The notes under the pieces are model-generated. The model was not told the origin of the DNA. It searched no databases and was given only the letters and a program-made list of their open reading frames with translations. Of a stretch of DNA of 64,000 nucleotides, positions 59,655 through 64,000 are shown in pieces. Position 1 is the first letter of the stretch, and every line of letters begins with the position of its first letter. The stretch lies in contig CAZAYU010000005.1 in NCBI GenBank assembly GCA_964489445.1, positions 4,799-68,798 on the forward strand, written 5' to 3'. Both the position numbers and the translations under genes were made by a program. This stretch comes from an uncultured Planctomycetia bacterium. Its GTDB lineage: Bacteria; Omnitrophota; Gorgyraeia; Duberdicusellales; 4484-171.

Positions 59655-60611
59655 CTAAAATGTTGACTGAAAAAAATTAAATATATACCCAGTAATAACT
59701 ATCGCTACTGTTGTTACCCCAAAAAAAATAGCAATTAGCCTTAACTTCATTGCCCGACGCAATATTACTGCCTCCGGAAAACTTAATGCCACTGTAGCCA
59801 TCATGAACGCTAAAGCTGTGCCTAGCGGAACCCCTTTGCGAAATAAAACCACGGTTATCGGTACAATTGCTGCACAACTCCCATACATTGGAACCCCTAA
59901 GAGAACAGCAAGCGGAACCGAAAACGGTCCGGTTTTACTGATTATCGAATGAATTGTTTCTCGAGGAATATAATTATGGATAAATGCGCCTATCCCTACG
60001 CCCACTAATATCCAAATCCATAATCTTTTGATTATCACAATTGATTCATTAACCCCAAAAATTATCCTCTCTTTTAAATTTTTATATACCTTCTCTTTAA
60101 GTTCGCTACGGTCAGACGCCCCTATTCCCCCGTCAAGATATTTCTCTAAATTCATCCTACCTAAGATACCTCCCGCAATAACTCCAATAGAGATACCACT
60201 TAATACATAAAGCAGTGTAATCTTCCAGCCAAAAAATCCCAGCATCACTACTACTACATACTCATTAATTAGCGGAGAAGTTATTAAAAAGGAGAAGGTA
60301 ACACCTAGAGGAACCCCAATTTCAACAAAACTTAAAAAGATTGGTATTGATGAGCAAGAACAAAATGGAGTTATCGCCCCAAACAAGGAAGCAAATAAAT
60401 TTCCGAATATCTTTTTACCAATAATCCACCGTTTAATCTTGTGCTCAGATATATAGCTACGGAGAAGGCCAACAATCGATATCATAAAAAATAATAGTAA
60501 AAGTATCTTTACCGAATCATAAATGAAAAAATTAATAGCCTCCCCCCATCTCGATTCCGGATTCAAGCTAAGCACTGAATAGACTAGCCAGTTAACTATT
60601 TGCTGCAACAT
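59655..60611 (-). CDS. DUF318/UPF0718 permease (YraQ-like).
   Basis: Polytopic protein with the family's membrane-embedded PFCSCSSIP Cys motif. Confidence 0.7.
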   Translation of the reverse strand: MLQQIVNWLVYSVLSLNPESRWGEAINFFIYDSVKILLLLFFMISIVGLLRSYISEHKIKRWIIGKKIFGNLFASLFGAITPFCSCSSIPIFLSFVEIGVPLGVTFSFLITSPLINEYVVVVMLGFFGWKITLLYVLSGISIGVIAGGILGRMNLEKYLDGGIGASDRSELKEKVYKNLKERIIFGVNESIVIIKRLWIWILVGVGIGAFIHNYIPRETIHSIISKTGPFSVPLAVLLGVPMYGSCAAIVPITVVLFRKGVPLGTALAFMMATVALSFPEAVILRRAMKLRLIAIFFGVTTVAIVITGYIFNFFQSTF

Positions 60612-60742
60612 GATTTCTTTTCTTGTTTATGTTGGCCGCTGCAACACGATTTATTATTAGCACATTCTTTCATTTTCTTATCCATTTTTTCCAAAAATCT
60701 AGCCCAAAACCCTTTCTTTGTCTCTCTCTTTTTCTCCTCCAT
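60596..60742 (-). CDS. Unannotated 48-aa Lys/Cys-rich micro-ORF with a duplicated KSCCS motif; its stop overlaps the DUF318 permease start.
   Basis: MEEKKRETKKGFWARFLEKMDKKMKECANNKSCCSGQHKQEKKSCCSK. An AGGAG ribosome-binding site lies 6 nt upstream of the ATG. Too short for the supplied ORF track. Confidence 0.35.
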   Translation of the reverse strand: MEEKKRETKKGFWARFLEKMDKKMKECANNKSCCSGQHKQEKKSCCSK

Positions 60743-60769
60743 ATTCATCTCCTTTTAGTTTTTCAGTAG

Positions 60770-60973
60770 CTATTTGCTACCACAGCTTCTAGAAGCTTTT
60801 CTAACTATACCCAGTGCAATAAAGCAAGCAATACCTAGGAACACAAGCAGATTATCCAATTTAGGTATTAAATCAAACGCGGAAGCAAGCAATAACAATA
60901 TGCCAGCGCCGTTTAGGATCAACAGAAGAAGATTTGTATATTTATTGTTCATAATGCCTCCCTTTTGGTGCAA
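60770..60973 (-). CDS. Small hydrophobic protein, 67 aa.
   Basis: Two predicted TM helices, upstream of the permease on the same strand. Confidence 0.3.
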   Translation of the reverse strand: MHQKGGIMNNKYTNLLLLILNGAGILLLLASAFDLIPKLDNLLVFLGIACFIALGIVRKASRSCGSK

Positions 60974-61100
60974 TTATACCTTTAAGGCAAAATTATCACA
61001 AGACTTATCTAGATAAGATCATTCCGATAAGAATATCACTAATTGCCCTAATCCAGAAATAAATCTTGAGACAAATTATTCTTAGCGTTAATATATAGGT

Positions 61101-61907
61101 ATGAAAAAAATCACCACTTATCTGTTCCTAACGCTACTCTTTAGCTCTGGAGGGTACTACATATTAATCCATCACAATAATTTAAATATAAATCCGTTTC
61201 TGGCCATGTTTTACTTGATGTGGTGCCCCGGGCTTTCCGGCATAATCACTTCTCTCATTTACGAGAAAAATCTTACTAGTCTAGGCCTCAAGCTGAATAA
61301 ACTAAGATGGCTGGGGATAGGATATTCTTTACCAATTTTCTACGCAAGTTTTGCCTACGCAATTATCTGGCTACTAGGCTTTGGCCGAATAAATCCTGGC
61401 TATCAATTCAATACTGTTCGCCTGATAGGATTAGGTACTTTATTTAATATAGCTTTTGCCAGCGGAGAAGAAATTGGCTGGCGTGGTTTTTTAGTGCCCC
61501 AATTATACAAGCTAACCAGTTTTACTAAAACTTGTCTAATCACCGGCTTAATTTGGTCAGCCTGGCACTTCCCGCTGATTATTTCCGGAATATACCTGGC
61601 CAGTATGCCAACAGCGCCTCAACTTCTTCTTTTGGTAATCACCGTAACGGCAATGACTTTTCCAATTAGCTGGTTGAGATTAAAATCTAAGAGTGTCTGG
61701 CCGGCAATTTTACTACATGCCAGTCATAATCTTTACATCCAAAGACTTTTTGATCCGTTAACTGCCAAAACCGGACCACTTTCCAAATACATGATTGGTG
61801 AATCAGGAATCATAATGGCTGTTGTCCTTATCAGCTTAGCAATCATTTCCTGGAGCTTAAGAAAAAGTCTCCCGAACTACACCCAAGAAAAGCTTTTGCT
61901 TTGTTAA
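61101..61907 (+). CDS. CPBP-family intramembrane glutamic endopeptidase (CAAX protease / Abi).
   Basis: EEIGWRGFL (the EExxxR motif) and downstream His motifs (SAWHFPL, HASHNL). Confidence 0.8.
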   Translation: MKKITTYLFLTLLFSSGGYYILIHHNNLNINPFLAMFYLMWCPGLSGIITSLIYEKNLTSLGLKLNKLRWLGIGYSLPIFYASFAYAIIWLLGFGRINPGYQFNTVRLIGLGTLFNIAFASGEEIGWRGFLVPQLYKLTSFTKTCLITGLIWSAWHFPLIISGIYLASMPTAPQLLLLVITVTAMTFPISWLRLKSKSVWPAILLHASHNLYIQRLFDPLTAKTGPLSKYMIGESGIIMAVVLISLAIISWSLRKSLPNYTQEKLLLC

Positions 61908-61938
61908 TTACTCTTTTTAAAAAAATAATTAAATAATA

Positions 61939-63819
61939 TTATTTTTTTCTTTTTCGCATGTAACTGTCTCTTTCTTTTAAATCTTTATGCTGCAAGCTGG
62001 ATACAGGAAATTTTTTTAAAAGATGCAGCGCACTGAGTTTTTTTAGTGCTTCTATAATTAATTTTCTGTTGCCGGGATTACTATACTGAATAAGTGCTCT
62101 CTGCATTTTCCGCTCCCGAAAAGTTTGAGGGACATATATTTTTTCCCCGGTAAAAGGATTTGTTTGTGTCCAGTACATACACGTCGCCAGAGTTATCGGA
62201 GAAGGAATAAAATCCTGTATTTGCTGAGGTTTTATTCTTCTTTTTGCAAGATATAGCGCAAGCTTTAACGCTTCAGATAAAGATGATCCCGGATGAGATG
62301 AAATAAAGTAGTTCACAATAAAAATATTTTTCTTCAAGTTGGATACTGTTTTCTTGAAAAGCTCAACAAACTTTTCGTATACATAAAAATCAGGTTTATT
62401 CATTAGTTGCAAAATATTATCCGAATTGTGTTCCGGTGCAACTTTAATCAACCCACTTATGTTATTTAAGCATATTTCCTTTAAATACTTGCGGGCATAA
62501 TTATCAATAAGCAAGTCATAGCGAAGTCCACTTGCGATAAATACATGCTTTACATTGGGTATTTCTTTAATTTTTCTATATACACGAAGACACTCATCAT
62601 ATCCTAGGTTAAGATTTTTACATTTAGCCGGCAAAAGGCACTTACGTTCTACACAAGAACCTTTCTCTTTCCATCTCTTGCAATAAGCAGCATATAAATT
62701 TGCGGTTGGTCCCCCTACATCGGTGATTGTTCCCCGAAAATCTTTTTGCCCGGCAATTATCTTAGCCTCCCGAATAATCGACCGGTTACTTCTACTCTGT
62801 ATTATTCTTCCCTGATGAAAGTATAGTGAACAAAAAGAACACTCACCGCAACATCCCCGATGGGAAGTAAGAGAAAATTTAACTGTCTCAAACCCGTTTA
62901 CTCTGTCTTGACTATTGTAGCCCGGATGACAATTGCGCGCATACGGCAGTTCATATATCGCATCAAGATCGCTGGCAGAAAGTGGCATTGCCGGAGGAAA
63001 CTGAATAAGATAACGGCTACTATACCGTTGGACAATTGCCTTTGCCGAGTAAGGATTCATCTGCTCATACATCATTGTGAATGCTAAGCTAAACTTTTGC
63101 TTATCGCTTGCTGTTTCCTCAAAACAAGGAATCTCAATGTAATCCTTCTCCGCAGAGTTGACTTCTTTATTTATTATAACTGTCCCTCGAATACCATATA
63201 ATGATTGCACGCCTTTTCCTTTATCTAAGATATTCGCAATCTTCACTATTTGCTGTTCCCCCATGCCATACACAATAATATCCGCCCTGCTGTCAAAAAG
63301 AATGGATCTTCGTACGCAATTATCCCAATAGTCATAGTGGCTTAAACGTCGAAGGCTAGCTTCAATTCCTCCCAATACAATAGGAACACCGCTAAAAGCT
63401 TCTCTTATTCTATTAGCGTAAACAATAGTTGCTCTATCCGGGCGTAATCCTGTTTTTCCGGCAGGTGAATAATCGTCAGTAGTGCGTGGCTTTTTATTTG
63501 CAGTATAATTTGCAATCATTGAATCGGTGTTTCCCGCAGTTATTCCGAAAAACAATCTTGGCTTGCCTAAGCACGTAAAATCGTACGTATTTCGCCAGTC
63601 AGGCTGGGCAATAATCCCCACCTTAAATCCATTGCTTTCAAGAACTCGTCCAATTACAGCAACACCGTAAGAAGGGTGATCAATATAAGCATCGCCGCTA
63701 ATTAAAATGATATCTAACTCATTCCAAGCGCGGCTTTCCATATCCTTCCGTGAAACAGGAAGAAAATTTCTTCTTTCGGCCTCTCTACTCATACAATAAA
63801 TTATACAGCAAAAGAACAA
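61939..63819 (-). CDS. ygiQ: YgiQ-family radical SAM protein (UPF0313).
   Basis: N-terminus FLPVSRKDMESRAWNELDIILISGDAYIDHPSYGVAVIGR matches the YgiQ N-terminal domain. A radical-SAM Cys cluster and a C-terminal DUF3362-like region follow. The likely start is the internal Met (MSREAERRNF). Confidence 0.8.
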   Translation of the reverse strand: MFFCCIIYCMSREAERRNFLPVSRKDMESRAWNELDIILISGDAYIDHPSYGVAVIGRVLESNGFKVGIIAQPDWRNTYDFTCLGKPRLFFGITAGNTDSMIANYTANKKPRTTDDYSPAGKTGLRPDRATIVYANRIREAFSGVPIVLGGIEASLRRLSHYDYWDNCVRRSILFDSRADIIVYGMGEQQIVKIANILDKGKGVQSLYGIRGTVIINKEVNSAEKDYIEIPCFEETASDKQKFSLAFTMMYEQMNPYSAKAIVQRYSSRYLIQFPPAMPLSASDLDAIYELPYARNCHPGYNSQDRVNGFETVKFSLTSHRGCCGECSFCSLYFHQGRIIQSRSNRSIIREAKIIAGQKDFRGTITDVGGPTANLYAAYCKRWKEKGSCVERKCLLPAKCKNLNLGYDECLRVYRKIKEIPNVKHVFIASGLRYDLLIDNYARKYLKEICLNNISGLIKVAPEHNSDNILQLMNKPDFYVYEKFVELFKKTVSNLKKNIFIVNYFISSHPGSSLSEALKLALYLAKRRIKPQQIQDFIPSPITLATCMYWTQTNPFTGEKIYVPQTFRERKMQRALIQYSNPGNRKLIIEALKKLSALHLLKKFPVSSLQHKDLKERDSYMRKRKK

Positions 63820-63933
63820 ATAATATAACGAATTTTAAAAAAAGCGAAAGATATACGCTTAATTAAAAACCTTGATTTCCGTTCCCTTAAATTAAATATT
63901 TTTGCAGAAAAGATTGCAGTTTACCGGTGGGAC

Positions 63934-63970
63934 GAAATTGAGGTTATTAGATAAACCTCAATTTCATTTT
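63934..63970 (+). terminator. Perfect 12-bp inverted repeat with an 8-nt loop and a 3' T-run; a hairpin, terminator-like or operator-like.
   Basis: gaaattgaggtt-attagata-aacctcaatttc-atttt, about 115 bp upstream of ygiQ at the window edge. Confidence 0.3.
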
Positions 63971-64000
63971 ATAACTAAAAGATATATTACATTTAATCTC

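Overview
AT-rich window (about 35% GC by eye) that looks like a core chromosomal segment of a Gram-negative, anaerobic, uncultured-type bacterium. Coding is dense and runs almost entirely on the minus strand. No transposase, integrase, phage gene or CRISPR array is evident. Recognisable content, in window order: a cyclophilin PPIase; an MTHFR-like gene and an HD-domain protein; a MarR-OMF-RND efflux unit with no periplasmic adaptor; an AmmeMemoRadiSam locus (radical SAM, Memo-AMMECR1 fusion) interleaved with polytopic membrane proteins and co-transcribed with a stand-alone EF-Tu-domain-2-like small protein, an ATP-grasp ligase and an HExxH peptidase; mnmA, nadA, a U32 peptidase and greA; a nitrogen-assimilation block (glnA plus GAF-ANTAR regulator, nfnAB-gdhA, glmS, citrate synthase); a FIST/PAS/response-regulator/histidine-kinase signalling cluster; arfB, a YbeD-like protein and an M42 peptidase; MATE pumps; an ExbB/ExbD/TPR/VWA module; a degenerate GGDEF protein; a ferredoxin; gltS; a DUF318 permease with an unannotated Cys-rich micro-ORF; a CPBP protease; and ygiQ. 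The extended AmmeMemoRadiSam operon is the best candidate for an undescribed system. The second most interesting element is a 540-bp gene-free stretch holding two tandem sRNA-like units, each with a GNRA-capped hairpin and an intrinsic terminator. All calls rest on motif-level reading of the translations and should be confirmed by homology search.
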